A stretch of DNA of 64,000 nucleotides from a virus (lineage: Duplodnaviria > Heunggongvirae > Uroviricota > Caudoviricetes). The translations under genes and the position numbers were made by a program. Positions 46,393-55,244 of the stretch are shown here, in pieces. Position 1 is the first letter of the stretch. Every line of letters begins with the position of its first letter. Location of the stretch: the IMG/VR virus record IMGVR_UViG_3300029543_000199. The stretch is one strand, 5' to 3'. The notes below the pieces were generated by a model. That model saw nothing but the letters and a program-made list of their open reading frames with translations, had not been told where the DNA came from and made no database searches.

Positions 46393-46426
46393 GACAGGGT
46401 GGAGTCACATCTGCCCTGTTGATTTT
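46393..46426 (+). terminator. Rho-independent terminator
   Basis: ACAGGGTGGAGTCACATCTGCCCTGT followed by TGATTTT. Confidence 0.55.
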
Positions 46427-46711
46427 CTACAGCAGACAATAGGCGGTATCTGTAACACCTATTGTAGAAGACTTTGCTCGGTATATGATTTATTCAGTGC
46501 ATGAAAACAGATAAGTGCGTTGATAACGAGCAACACTCCAAAGTCTTGGGTAGTTTTTGAGGAGAGAACCCTTCCGACTTAGGTGATATCGGTATCCGGG
46601 TTACGGGAGAATAGTTTGGAGCCTGCAGAAGCGACGTAACCGCGTGACCAGACATAGGAGGAAACGAGCCTCCTACCACCAGTAAACAGGGCGATAGCTG
46701 GATGGATTTTC

Positions 46712-47039
46712 GGGGCTGTAAAGGTTTCGACAGGGGTATGAAAGTTATGAATTCGCTAGAGTGATGACTTAATCATCAACCATTAAACACAAACGCAAAC
46801 AGACAGATGTTAGCAGTAGCCTAAGTTGCTACACCAAAATGTATTGAGATATTGCTGGTAGATACTGAGGTTCAAAAACAAGCATAATTTGTATACGGTT
46901 CTCTGTAAATGAACACCTGTATTGGTTGAGATAGTTAAGAACAGAGTGGTGGATAGAAATCAGTACATGATTCCAAAACAGCGTAAAGATTCATAGTGAG
47001 TAATATTTTTGGACAGGGGTTCGACTCCCCTCAGCTCCA
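46712..47039 (+). ncRNA. ssrA: tmRNA (ssrA-like transfer-messenger RNA)
   Basis: 5' GGGGCTGTAAAGGTTTCGACAGGGG and 3' GGACAGGGGTTCGACTCCCCTCAGCTCCA match the tRNA-like domain of bacterial tmRNA (acceptor GGGGCTG/CAGCTCC, T-arm GGGG-TTCGACT-CCCC). Internal reading frame GCA AAC AGA CAG ATG TTA GCA GTA GCC TAA (ANRQMLAVA-stop). Confidence 0.7.
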
Positions 47040-47068
47040 TTTATATTTAAGAAAGGCTGATAGTTATT

Positions 47069-47266
47069 ATGGATGAAAAGGTAGTTAGATATAGAAAAAG
47101 ACACAAAAGGTGTAAATATTGCATACATAAAACTCTTCGGACTCCAAAGTGCTCTGGACTTCCAGATTATTATGTATGCGAGGCAAAAGATAAAGTAATG
47201 TTTGATTGGAGTGTAGAGTATTTACCGAGATTCTTTTGCTCATGCTATCAATTAAGTAAAGCTTAA
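47069..47266 (+). CDS. Small Cys-rich hypothetical protein
   Basis: 65-aa ORF, CKYC...C...C. Confidence 0.45.
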   Translation: MDEKVVRYRKRHKRCKYCIHKTLRTPKCSGLPDYYVCEAKDKVMFDWSVEYLPRFFCSCYQLSKA

Positions 47267-47268
47267 CA

Positions 47269-47469
47269 GTGGAGGGTTTATCTATGAAGTTGTATAAAAT
47301 AAATTATATGGATGATTGCGATAATGAGACTTGCTTAATGGTCGCAAATAATGAAGAAGATGTAAAAAGGAAGTTTGAGGAGGAAATCTTCTCAAAGCTC
47401 CCGTGTCCAATGTATTATTTTGTACACGAGATAACTGAAATAGACGGTCATAAAATTATAGTCGATTGA
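47269..47469 (+). CDS. Small hypothetical protein
   Basis: 66-aa ORF with RBS. Confidence 0.45.
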   Translation: MEGLSMKLYKINYMDDCDNETCLMVANNEEDVKRKFEEEIFSKLPCPMYYFVHEITEIDGHKIIVD

Positions 47470-47472
47470 TAT

Positions 47473-47544
47473 AATGCGGTGGCGGAATAGGTAGACGCTA
47501 ATGACAGATAGGCTCCCCTAGCGGTTCGATTCCGTCGGTATCTT
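47473..47544 (+). pseudogene. Degenerate tRNA-like element (class-II-type D-arm and canonical T-arm, no pairable acceptor stem or anticodon arm)
   Basis: TG-GCGG-AATAGGTAGA-CGC matches a tRNA-Leu/Ser-type D-arm; AGCGG-TTCGATT-CCGTC is a T-arm. The 21 nt between them cannot form an anticodon arm and the ends do not pair. Confidence 0.3.
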
Positions 47545-47655
47545 AGACAGCGAAATAGCTGACGATACTGGGTCTGATTTGGTAGAAGGGAGTGAGGGGC
47601 TATGTGTGGTGCGAATCCACACCCGCTTTATTATAAAGAAGAGGAGATGATTATC

Positions 47656-47892
47656 ATGTGTAAAGTAATGTTAAATTCTATTGACAAAGTTAAGGAGTTC
47701 GTAAATAAAACATCCAGAGTAGACGGAGATGTGTTCCTGCAATCTGGAAGATATATCATTGATGCTAAATCAATTATGGGGATTTTCAGCTTAGACCTGA
47801 CAAAGCCGTTGAGTTTAAGCTTTGAGAAATGCTCTGATGAAGAAGTTCAGAATTATATGAGTAGCATCCATGAATTCATTATGGAGGAGTAA
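47656..47892 (+). CDS. HPr/Crh-like phosphocarrier-fold protein lacking the active-site His15
   Basis: GDVFLQSGRYIIDAKSIMGIFSLDL closely parallels Crh/HPr SDVFLEKDGKKVNAKSIMGLMSLAV, including the Ser46-equivalent in KSIMG. No His in the N-terminal region (LNSIDKV where GIHARPA would be). Confidence 0.55.
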   Translation: MCKVMLNSIDKVKEFVNKTSRVDGDVFLQSGRYIIDAKSIMGIFSLDLTKPLSLSFEKCSDEEVQNYMSSIHEFIMEE

Positions 47893-48511
47893 GATGGATT
47901 TGCAAACAATTAAAAATATGGTCTCGTCGGAGGAATACAATTTCCTTAGAAATAACGATCACCTCGGAAACAGAATCATCCTTATCGGACTTGGCGGAAG
48001 TCATGCATATGGAACAAATAACGAGACATCTGACCTTGATGTAAGAGGATGCGCTCTGAATAGTAAGGAAGAAATTCTTACAAATCAACATTACGAGCAG
48101 TTTGTTGATGAGAAAACGGATACTACAGTGTATGCGTTCAATAAGTTAATAAGTTTGCTTTGTAATTGCAATCCAAATACGATTGAGATGCTTGGGTTAA
48201 AGCCTGAGCATTATTTATTTCTGTCTCCTGTAGGACAGGAATTATTACATAATAAGGATTTGTTCCTTTCAAAGAAAGCGGCACAGGCTTTCGGTGGATA
48301 TGCTACGGCTCAGCTTAGAAGACTTGATAATAAAGCAGCAAGGCTTGTCGGTCAAGCGCAGCGGGAGCAACACATATTAAACAGTATACGTAACGTGGGT
48401 GCAGACTTCAAAGAAAGATATTTTGAATATCCGGATGACGCGATCAAGTTGTATATCGATAAGTCGGATAGGGAAGATATGATTCCGAAATTTATATGGA
48501 TGTGCATTTAA
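47870..48511 (+). CDS. Pol-beta-superfamily nucleotidyltransferase
   Basis: GLGGSHAYGTNNETSDLDVRG (GS-x9-13-DhD). Confidence 0.6.
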   Translation: MNSLWRSKMDLQTIKNMVSSEEYNFLRNNDHLGNRIILIGLGGSHAYGTNNETSDLDVRGCALNSKEEILTNQHYEQFVDEKTDTTVYAFNKLISLLCNCNPNTIEMLGLKPEHYLFLSPVGQELLHNKDLFLSKKAAQAFGGYATAQLRRLDNKAARLVGQAQREQHILNSIRNVGADFKERYFEYPDDAIKLYIDKSDREDMIPKFIWMCI

Positions 48512-48921
48512 CAAGATATCCACTTCGGGATTATAAATCAATGTGGTCTGAAATGCATAATGTGGTGAAGGACTACGCCAAGGTAGGGAAAAGAAATAAG
48601 AATGCGATAGAGCATAACAAATTAGGAAAGCATATGATGCATCTAATCAGGCTCTATATGATGTGCCTTGATATTCTTGAGAGAAAAGAGATTGTAACAT
48701 TCAGAGAGAAAGAACATGAACTGCTGATGTCAATCAGAAATGGTGAATACCTTGATGGTAATAGACAGCCAATACCGGAGTTCTTTGAAATGGTCGATGA
48801 CTACGAAAAGAAGATGAAGTATGCAAAAGAAAATACAGATCTTCCTGAAAATCCAGACTATAAGGCAATACAGGAATTTGTGATGGACGTAAACGAAAGA
48901 GTTGTAAGAGGACTAATTTAG
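48496..48921 (+). CDS. HEPN-like protein partnered with the nucleotidyltransferase
   Basis: RNKNAIEH fits the Rx4-6H motif; overlaps the nucleotidyltransferase gene by 16 nt in another frame. Confidence 0.4.
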   Translation: MDVHLTRYPLRDYKSMWSEMHNVVKDYAKVGKRNKNAIEHNKLGKHMMHLIRLYMMCLDILERKEIVTFREKEHELLMSIRNGEYLDGNRQPIPEFFEMVDDYEKKMKYAKENTDLPENPDYKAIQEFVMDVNERVVRGLI

Positions 48922-48933
48922 GAGGTGTAAGCT

Positions 48934-49749
48934 TTGGGTGAAATTGTAAATATTGCAGATGCTAAAAATAAGGTAATTGATTTACAGGCACTACAGAGAA
49001 GTAAGGTTAAGTCCGCAGCCGGTTTAATTGCTCCTGCGAAAGAGGAAACCCATTGCGAATTAGCACCGGAACATGCTGCGGAGCCAATTAAAAGTCTGGA
49101 TGATATCTATGCAATTTCTGAATTTCTCATTTCTAATAAAAGATACAGAGATAACATGCTATTCATAGTCGGCATCAACTTTGGACTTCGAGTCAGCGAT
49201 TTAAGGATGCTGAGATTCTCAAATCTTATCAATGATAATTTCACATTTCGTGATAACTTCCCAGTATTTGAAAAGAAAACAAGAAATACAAGGAAAAGAA
49301 AAAAGAATAGATATATCACAATCAATACCGCCGTTATAGAGGCGGTAACTTTATATCTTGAGAATACGCCAGGCGTTACGTTGAGTGATTATCTATTTCG
49401 TAGCGAATCCAATAGGGGGAAATCAACGAATCAGCCATTATCAAAACAGTCAATAGACCGGATTTTAAAAGGAATTGCGGTCGATTTGCACCTGAACATA
49501 AGGATTGCTACACATAGTTTACGGAAAACATTTTGCTATCACCAGATGGTGATGTCGAACAATGATAGCAGAAAGCTTTTGCTTTTGCAGAAGATGCTGA
49601 ATCATTCTTCGCCCGCACAGACGCTGGATTACATCGGAATCACTTCCGAGGAAATCGAAGCTGCGTATAAGGAATTGAATCTTGGAGGAAGAACAAGGAA
49701 TTATCTGATGGACAGTAACATAGTAGAAGTCGAGAATTTTGCGGGGTAG
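48934..49749 (+). CDS. Tyrosine recombinase (second integrase-family gene), TTG start
   Basis: IATHSLRKTFCYHQM (HxLRK) and LNHSSPAQTLDYIGI (Tyr nucleophile); RBS TTTAGGAGGTGTAAGCTTTG. Confidence 0.7.
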   Translation: MGEIVNIADAKNKVIDLQALQRSKVKSAAGLIAPAKEETHCELAPEHAAEPIKSLDDIYAISEFLISNKRYRDNMLFIVGINFGLRVSDLRMLRFSNLINDNFTFRDNFPVFEKKTRNTRKRKKNRYITINTAVIEAVTLYLENTPGVTLSDYLFRSESNRGKSTNQPLSKQSIDRILKGIAVDLHLNIRIATHSLRKTFCYHQMVMSNNDSRKLLLLQKMLNHSSPAQTLDYIGITSEEIEAAYKELNLGGRTRNYLMDSNIVEVENFAG

Positions 49750-49837
49750 GTGTGGCTATGGTTAATTTATATACAGATTATTACAAACAATATCCAGATA
49801 AATTTTTGGAAGAATTTTTTGGAATCAAACTAAGTCT

Positions 49838-50065
49838 GTGGCAAAAATTCATCATAAGGAGGTGGTTGAAATGTCACTAGATAAAGCAATCAAGCATGGA
49901 AAAGAAAAGAGAAAGCAATACACAGGAGCAAGAGCTGTAGATCCGTCTTGCAGAAATCATGGCAATTGCGATTGGTGCAAAGAGAACAGATTACACGCTT
50001 CTAAAGTGCAGCAGGAAATTGCTGATGCAAAACTTGATGAATATGAGAAAGGAGACAGTGGATGA
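49838..50065 (+). CDS. Small Cys-containing hypothetical protein
   Basis: 75 aa, C...CRNHGNCDWC. Confidence 0.45.
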   Translation: MAKIHHKEVVEMSLDKAIKHGKEKRKQYTGARAVDPSCRNHGNCDWCKENRLHASKVQQEIADAKLDEYEKGDSG

Positions 50066-50379
50066 AAAAGTGGTTTTATATCGTTATGTTGTCTCTGATG
50101 CTTGTATTTGGGATAATCGGATGCACATCAAAGGATGATGAAACACAGGGTGGTAAGCAAGATGAGGCTACACCAATACATATTACGATTCCAAAAAGAA
50201 GACGTGGTGATTTCACAGCAGAAATCGATACCGTGTCTGTCACGGATGAGAACGGAGAGATATTGTTTGAATGTGACACAGAAGGAGGAGTTACTATCAA
50301 ACTAAATGATAGTGTTCTTACAGTTGTCGTTCCAGAACGAAATGACAGCTGTTTTGATAATGGAAAATTAGCAGAATAA
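50062..50379 (+). CDS. Putative lipoprotein
   Basis: Signal peptide MKKWFYIVMLSLMLVFGIIGC with lipobox-like IIGC. Confidence 0.55.
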   Translation: MKKWFYIVMLSLMLVFGIIGCTSKDDETQGGKQDEATPIHITIPKRRRGDFTAEIDTVSVTDENGEILFECDTEGGVTIKLNDSVLTVVVPERNDSCFDNGKLAE

Positions 50380-50392
50380 GGAGGAATAGGAA

Positions 50393-50914
50393 ATGAAAAA
50401 TGTACTTATTGTAGTAGACGTTCAGAATGATTTTGTTGATGGTGCTCTTGGAAGCAAAGAAGCGCAAGCAATCATTCCAGCTGTGAAAGCAAAGATTGAG
50501 AAATATGATAAATACGGTAGAGAGATTCTTTTCACAAGAGACTCACACGATGGGGATTATCTGTACACTTCTGAAGGAAGAAAACTGCCTATTAAACACT
50601 GCATTATGGGGACTCGCGGACATAGAATTGTAGATGGTCTTGAAACACATAATAGCAGGCATATTGATAAGCAGACATTCGGATACACTGGATGGGATGA
50701 GGTGTTGGATATGCTTGGAAATCCGGATAGCATTGAGATGATTGGTCTTGATACCGATATTTGTGTTGTTGCAAATGCATTGATTATTAAAACATTAAGA
50801 CCAGATATTGAAATCACAGTGGATGCAGGATGCTGTGCAGGATCGACACCAGAAAAGCACAAAGCAGCACTAGAAGTAATGAAGAGTTGTCAGATTGATG
50901 TGATTGGAGAATAA
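50393..50914 (+). CDS. Isochorismatase-family hydrolase, nicotinamidase (PncA)-like
   Basis: VLIVVDVQNDFVDGALG; LFTRDSH; catalytic Cys in IGLDTDICVVANAL. Confidence 0.6.
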   Translation: MKNVLIVVDVQNDFVDGALGSKEAQAIIPAVKAKIEKYDKYGREILFTRDSHDGDYLYTSEGRKLPIKHCIMGTRGHRIVDGLETHNSRHIDKQTFGYTGWDEVLDMLGNPDSIEMIGLDTDICVVANALIIKTLRPDIEITVDAGCCAGSTPEKHKAALEVMKSCQIDVIGE

Positions 50915-50920
50915 AAAGAA

Positions 50921-51748
50921 ATGATTATTTTGGATGGAACAGAAGTAAATGTAGCGCATTTTCCAGATGGTACTCAGAGAATTATACTAGAAAATCTTCC
51001 AAAGATGGAGTGGAGAAATATACATGAAATTACATGGAAATTTGAAAGAGAGGAAGAACTGTCTACTTTAATTTATGTTACGAGACATTTGAGAAACATG
51101 CCGTGTATACAGGAAATATATCTTAATTTGCTATATCTCCCAAATGCAAGAATGGATCGTATACATCATCATGAAGAAGTATTCACGCTTAGAGGGTTCG
51201 CCGATGCAATTAACTGGTTGCGATTTGATGTTGTGAGGGTTCTTGATGTTCATAGCAATGTTGGAGCAGCCTTACTTAATAATGTGTTGGTTTGTACACC
51301 GGAGAAGTATTTAAAAGAAGTAATGGAACAGATAGATGAAACCGTACCATTAGTTTTATATTTCCCAGATGAAGGAGCAGCAAAACGGTATTCCGATTTA
51401 TTCCCTGGTATGCGGTATTGCTATGGAGAGAAGAAGAGAGACTGGAAGACGGGTAAAATTCTCGGACTAGATATTGTGACAAACGGCATTGATTTGCAGA
51501 AGCAGACCGTATTGATGATAGACGATATCATCGCTTATGGAGGTTCTTTATACTATAGTGCAAAAGAGTTGAAGCGCAGAGGAGTTGGTACGATTTATGC
51601 TTATGCGACACATACAGAAAACTCTATACTCGATGACGAGAAGGGAACTTTGATTAAGTTATTAGAAGACAATACAGTGGAGAGGCTGTATACAACAGGA
51701 AGTCTTTTTGCAGGGAAACATGACAAAATTACAGTTTTGGAGGTGTAA
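50921..51748 (+). CDS. prs: Ribose-phosphate pyrophosphokinase (PRPP synthetase)-like
   Basis: PRPP-binding loop VLMIDDIIAYGGSLYYSAKELKRRGVGTIYAYATH; N-terminal FPDGTQRIILENL parallels Prs FSDGEVSVQI. Confidence 0.6.
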   Translation: MIILDGTEVNVAHFPDGTQRIILENLPKMEWRNIHEITWKFEREEELSTLIYVTRHLRNMPCIQEIYLNLLYLPNARMDRIHHHEEVFTLRGFADAINWLRFDVVRVLDVHSNVGAALLNNVLVCTPEKYLKEVMEQIDETVPLVLYFPDEGAAKRYSDLFPGMRYCYGEKKRDWKTGKILGLDIVTNGIDLQKQTVLMIDDIIAYGGSLYYSAKELKRRGVGTIYAYATHTENSILDDEKGTLIKLLEDNTVERLYTTGSLFAGKHDKITVLEV

Positions 51749-51750
51749 TA

Positions 51751-53211
51751 ATGGATAATACAATGGCTTTATTATTGTCAGACACATATAAACAGTGCCA
51801 TGACAGGATGTATCCAAAAGGATTGACAAAGCTTGTTTCTTATTGGGTTCCAAGAAGATCCATGCTGAAAAATCAGGATAAGATGGTTTTCTTTGGGCTG
51901 CAGGCATTCATTAAAGAGTATCTGTTAGGTTATTTTCAGACAAACTTCTTTGATGTTAATGAGGAGGAAGTTGTCAAACAATACACGGATGCAATGAACA
52001 TTCAGATCGGGTCAGGGAATTACGATGTAGATAAGATCGTGCAATTACATCGTCTCGGATATCTTCCTTTGGAAATCAGAGCGCTTCCGGAAGGAACACT
52101 TGTTACAATGGGAATTCCATGTATCGAAATCACAAACACTACAGAGGAATTTGCGTGGCTCGTGCAGTGGATTGAATGTATCTTGCAGGTAGAATTGTGG
52201 AAACCTTGCTGCCACGCAACAATCGGTTATATGTACAGAAATATTGCGGACTATTGGTATAACAAAACAACAGACGGTCTGGATGGAGCAATGGCTTGTG
52301 CCGATTTCGGCATGAGAGGAATGTCATGCATGGATGAAGCAATAAGATGTTCGGCTTCGTGGCTGTTATCATTTAATAAGACATCTACAATTCCAGCCAT
52401 TTCATATATTGACAAATATTACAATGCAGATTGTAAACACAACAGAATTGGTATCGGAGCAGTATCCACAGAGCATAGCGTTATGGGTGCAAATTTCTCA
52501 ATCGATGGTGATGAAATTACATTTGTAAAAAGATTGCTTACTGAATTATATCCAGACACATCGTTCAGTATGGTATCAGATACATATGATTACTGGAATC
52601 TAGTGAATAATATCCTGCCTCAGTGCAAAGAAGAGATTATGAACCACAATGGAAAACTCTTAGTTAGACCAGACAGCGGAGATATTGTGGAAATCTCAGT
52701 TAAAACAGTTGAAAGACTGTGGGAAATTTTCGGAGGAACTGAAAATTCCAAAGGGTACAAGGTATTAGACCCTCATATTGGAATTATTTACGGGGATGGA
52801 TGCACATTATCCAATGTCGAAACTATTTGGGAAGAACTTGAAAAGCGCGGATTTGCTGCGAATAACATCGCATATGGAGTTGGGGCATTTTGCTTTACAG
52901 CAATCGTAGAAGATGGAAAGCTTGTAGTTGCTACTAGAGATACATTTGGTATTGCGATGAAAGCAACATATGGTGTTATCAATGGTGAGAAGCTGATGAT
53001 TTATAAAGACCCGAAGACAGACACAAGCCATTTGAAGAAATCACATAAAGGTTGTTGCCGAGTATATAAAGAGAATGGACGGCTGAAGTGTCAGGATCAG
53101 TTGATGGAGATGAGTACCGACAGTTTATTAACAACTGTATTCAAAGATGGAGAGCTCGTCAGAGAAGATTCATTTATGGATATCAGAGAAAGAATGTATG
53201 GAGGTGAGTAG
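51751..53211 (+). CDS. nadV: Nicotinamide phosphoribosyltransferase (NAMPT/NadV)
   Basis: N-terminal LLLSDTYKQCHDRMYP (NAMPT xxDSYKxxHxxxYP); size 486 aa. Confidence 0.7.
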   Translation: MDNTMALLLSDTYKQCHDRMYPKGLTKLVSYWVPRRSMLKNQDKMVFFGLQAFIKEYLLGYFQTNFFDVNEEEVVKQYTDAMNIQIGSGNYDVDKIVQLHRLGYLPLEIRALPEGTLVTMGIPCIEITNTTEEFAWLVQWIECILQVELWKPCCHATIGYMYRNIADYWYNKTTDGLDGAMACADFGMRGMSCMDEAIRCSASWLLSFNKTSTIPAISYIDKYYNADCKHNRIGIGAVSTEHSVMGANFSIDGDEITFVKRLLTELYPDTSFSMVSDTYDYWNLVNNILPQCKEEIMNHNGKLLVRPDSGDIVEISVKTVERLWEIFGGTENSKGYKVLDPHIGIIYGDGCTLSNVETIWEELEKRGFAANNIAYGVGAFCFTAIVEDGKLVVATRDTFGIAMKATYGVINGEKLMIYKDPKTDTSHLKKSHKGCCRVYKENGRLKCQDQLMEMSTDSLLTTVFKDGELVREDSFMDIRERMYGGE

Positions 53212-53620
53212 GTTGGATTTTTATCTGCAATCTGGAAATTCATATAGAAGACTTGAAAATGAATTTAAGAAATACGGTAAGTTGATATTTTGTGTCGATT
53301 TTGATGATACGATTTATGACTTCCATAAGAAAGGAAGAACATATGAAGATGTTATTCATTTACTTCGTAGATGGGAGGATTATTCAGAGGTTATTATCTT
53401 TACAGGAAACGGCGAAGATAAATATGCAATGATTGAGAAGTATCTACTGGACAATCATATTAAGTACAAAGGAATTAACTGTGATGCGTCTGTCGAATTT
53501 GCAGGAAGAAAGATTTATGCGAATGCCTACATTGATGATAGGGGTGGGTTAATACAGGTATATAATGAATTACTTACACTGATTGAAAAGGTCGAAAGGG
53601 GAGAAATTAAGCATGAATAG
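53198..53620 (+). CDS. HAD-superfamily phosphatase
   Basis: HAD motif I FCVDFDDTIYD; start at the ATG overlapping the NAMPT 3' end. Confidence 0.55.
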   Translation: MEVSRLDFYLQSGNSYRRLENEFKKYGKLIFCVDFDDTIYDFHKKGRTYEDVIHLLRRWEDYSEVIIFTGNGEDKYAMIEKYLLDNHIKYKGINCDASVEFAGRKIYANAYIDDRGGLIQVYNELLTLIEKVERGEIKHE

Positions 53621-54626
53621 CTTTAATGCAGAAAAAGTAAAAGGTGATATTGTTGCATGGATTAGAGAATTCTTTGAACAGAATGGTGATGGATGCAGTG
53701 CTGTAATCGGTATTTCTGGAGGTAAAGACTCTAGTGTGGTTGCAGCTTTATGCGTAGAGGCTCTCGGTAAAGACAGAGTTTTTGGAGTTCTGATGCCTAA
53801 TGGCGAACAGATTGATATTGATTCTGCATACGCTTTAGTGGAGCATTTAGGTATTGAGTATTGTGTAATCAATATTCATAGTGCCGTAAAATCCTTAAAG
53901 CATGAGATCAAACCTCAGTTAGACGATCATTGGTCAGCTCAGACGGCTACAAATCTTCCAGCCAGAATTAGAATGGCTACATTGTATGCAGTTTCTCAGA
54001 CAGTCGGCGGAAGAGTTGCGAATACATGCAATTTATCAGAAGATTGGGTTGGTTATGCTACAAGATACGGAGATGGAGCCGGGGATTTTAGTCCGTTATC
54101 AAAACTCACTGTAACTGAAGTTAAAGCAATCGGACATGAACTTGGTCTTCCAGAAGAACTAATTGAAAAGGTTCCTACAGATGGTCTGTGTGGTCATACG
54201 GACGAAGATAATCTTGGATTTACATATGCAGTTCTGGACAGATACATTAGAACAGGGGAAATCGATGATATCCATACAAAAGAAAGAATTGATACCATGC
54301 ATGAAAAGAATTTATTCAAGTTGGAGCTTATGCCGTCGTTTGAATACATAAATCCAGTAGAAACAGTAGTGTTGGATGATAAGCAGACTGGGTATGGTGT
54401 TGTAAGTGAGTATGTTAAAAAATACTGGGAACATCACTGTACTGAAGATGTGATTGTATCAATTGAAATATCCAGAGATGGAGAGAATTATGAATGCTTT
54501 AATGAAGTCGCAAGTCCATACGATATGTATGATGTAGAATATTTAAACGATTGGTGGGAAGGCGAGAAATATATCAGGGTAACAGGTATACAAGGCATAT
54601 CCGATATAAAAATCAAGAAATTATAG
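53583..54626 (+). CDS. nadE: NH3-dependent NAD+ synthetase (NadE) with a ~80-aa C-terminal extension
   Basis: PP-loop GISGGKDSSVVAAL; NadE-like ...ATNLPARIRMATLYA.... Confidence 0.75.
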   Translation: MKRSKGEKLSMNSFNAEKVKGDIVAWIREFFEQNGDGCSAVIGISGGKDSSVVAALCVEALGKDRVFGVLMPNGEQIDIDSAYALVEHLGIEYCVINIHSAVKSLKHEIKPQLDDHWSAQTATNLPARIRMATLYAVSQTVGGRVANTCNLSEDWVGYATRYGDGAGDFSPLSKLTVTEVKAIGHELGLPEELIEKVPTDGLCGHTDEDNLGFTYAVLDRYIRTGEIDDIHTKERIDTMHEKNLFKLELMPSFEYINPVETVVLDDKQTGYGVVSEYVKKYWEHHCTEDVIVSIEISRDGENYECFNEVASPYDMYDVEYLNDWWEGEKYIRVTGIQGISDIKIKKL

Positions 54627-54893
54627 AAAGGAACAATTATGGACACATCAGCACTTGCGAAAAGAATGAAGAAGTATGAAGCAGTGCCGAAGAATACGTT
54701 AATGAGAAGAACGCTCGTAATCATCAGAGTTGATGGTCGGGCGTTTCATATTAAAAGAAAAATACTGCCAGGATTCTACTGATGAAGTGCATGTTATAAG
54801 AACAAGATGGGTTATTGATACAGAGATTCCAATCTTTAAAGGATAGGGCAGAGATTATATCGACAGATTAGTGTGTATTGGAGGTGTTGAAAA

Positions 54894-55244
54894 TTGAAAT
54901 GGTTTGAAGCAAAAGATAAAGCAAAAGACAAAGTATGGGCTTTCTTAGAATTACGTCCGACAGGTAAAGTTTTGACGAAAGAACAGTATGATTACGCAAT
55001 GTATTATGCCAAGCATACAGGAATTGATTGCAGCTATGTAAGATCGTTTGAAGAAGAGAAGGGGAAATATCTGCGACTGGGTAGCTGGTTTGGCGGTGCA
55101 TCATATTACTTTTTCTTCGGAGATCAGCCGGAAGGCATTATCGAGACGGCTGTTACAAATGAATGGAAAGTTATTGAAACTTTCAAAGAATATTACGAGG
55201 ATTTTTCTTATGGTAAATTAGGGAAAATCGAATTTGATGAGTAG
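54894..55244 (+). CDS. Hypothetical protein
   Basis: 116-aa ORF. Confidence 0.45.
   Translation: MKWFEAKDKAKDKVWAFLELRPTGKVLTKEQYDYAMYYAKHTGIDCSYVRSFEEEKGKYLRLGSWFGGASYYFFFGDQPEGIIETAVTNEWKVIETFKEYYEDFSYGKLGKIEFDE

Noticed and set aside
47473-47544. A functional third-class-II tRNA (Leu/Ser)
   Set aside because: D-arm and T-arm are textbook, but the 21 nt between them cannot form an anticodon arm plus variable arm, and the flanks do not pair as an acceptor stem. Recorded as a tRNA remnant.
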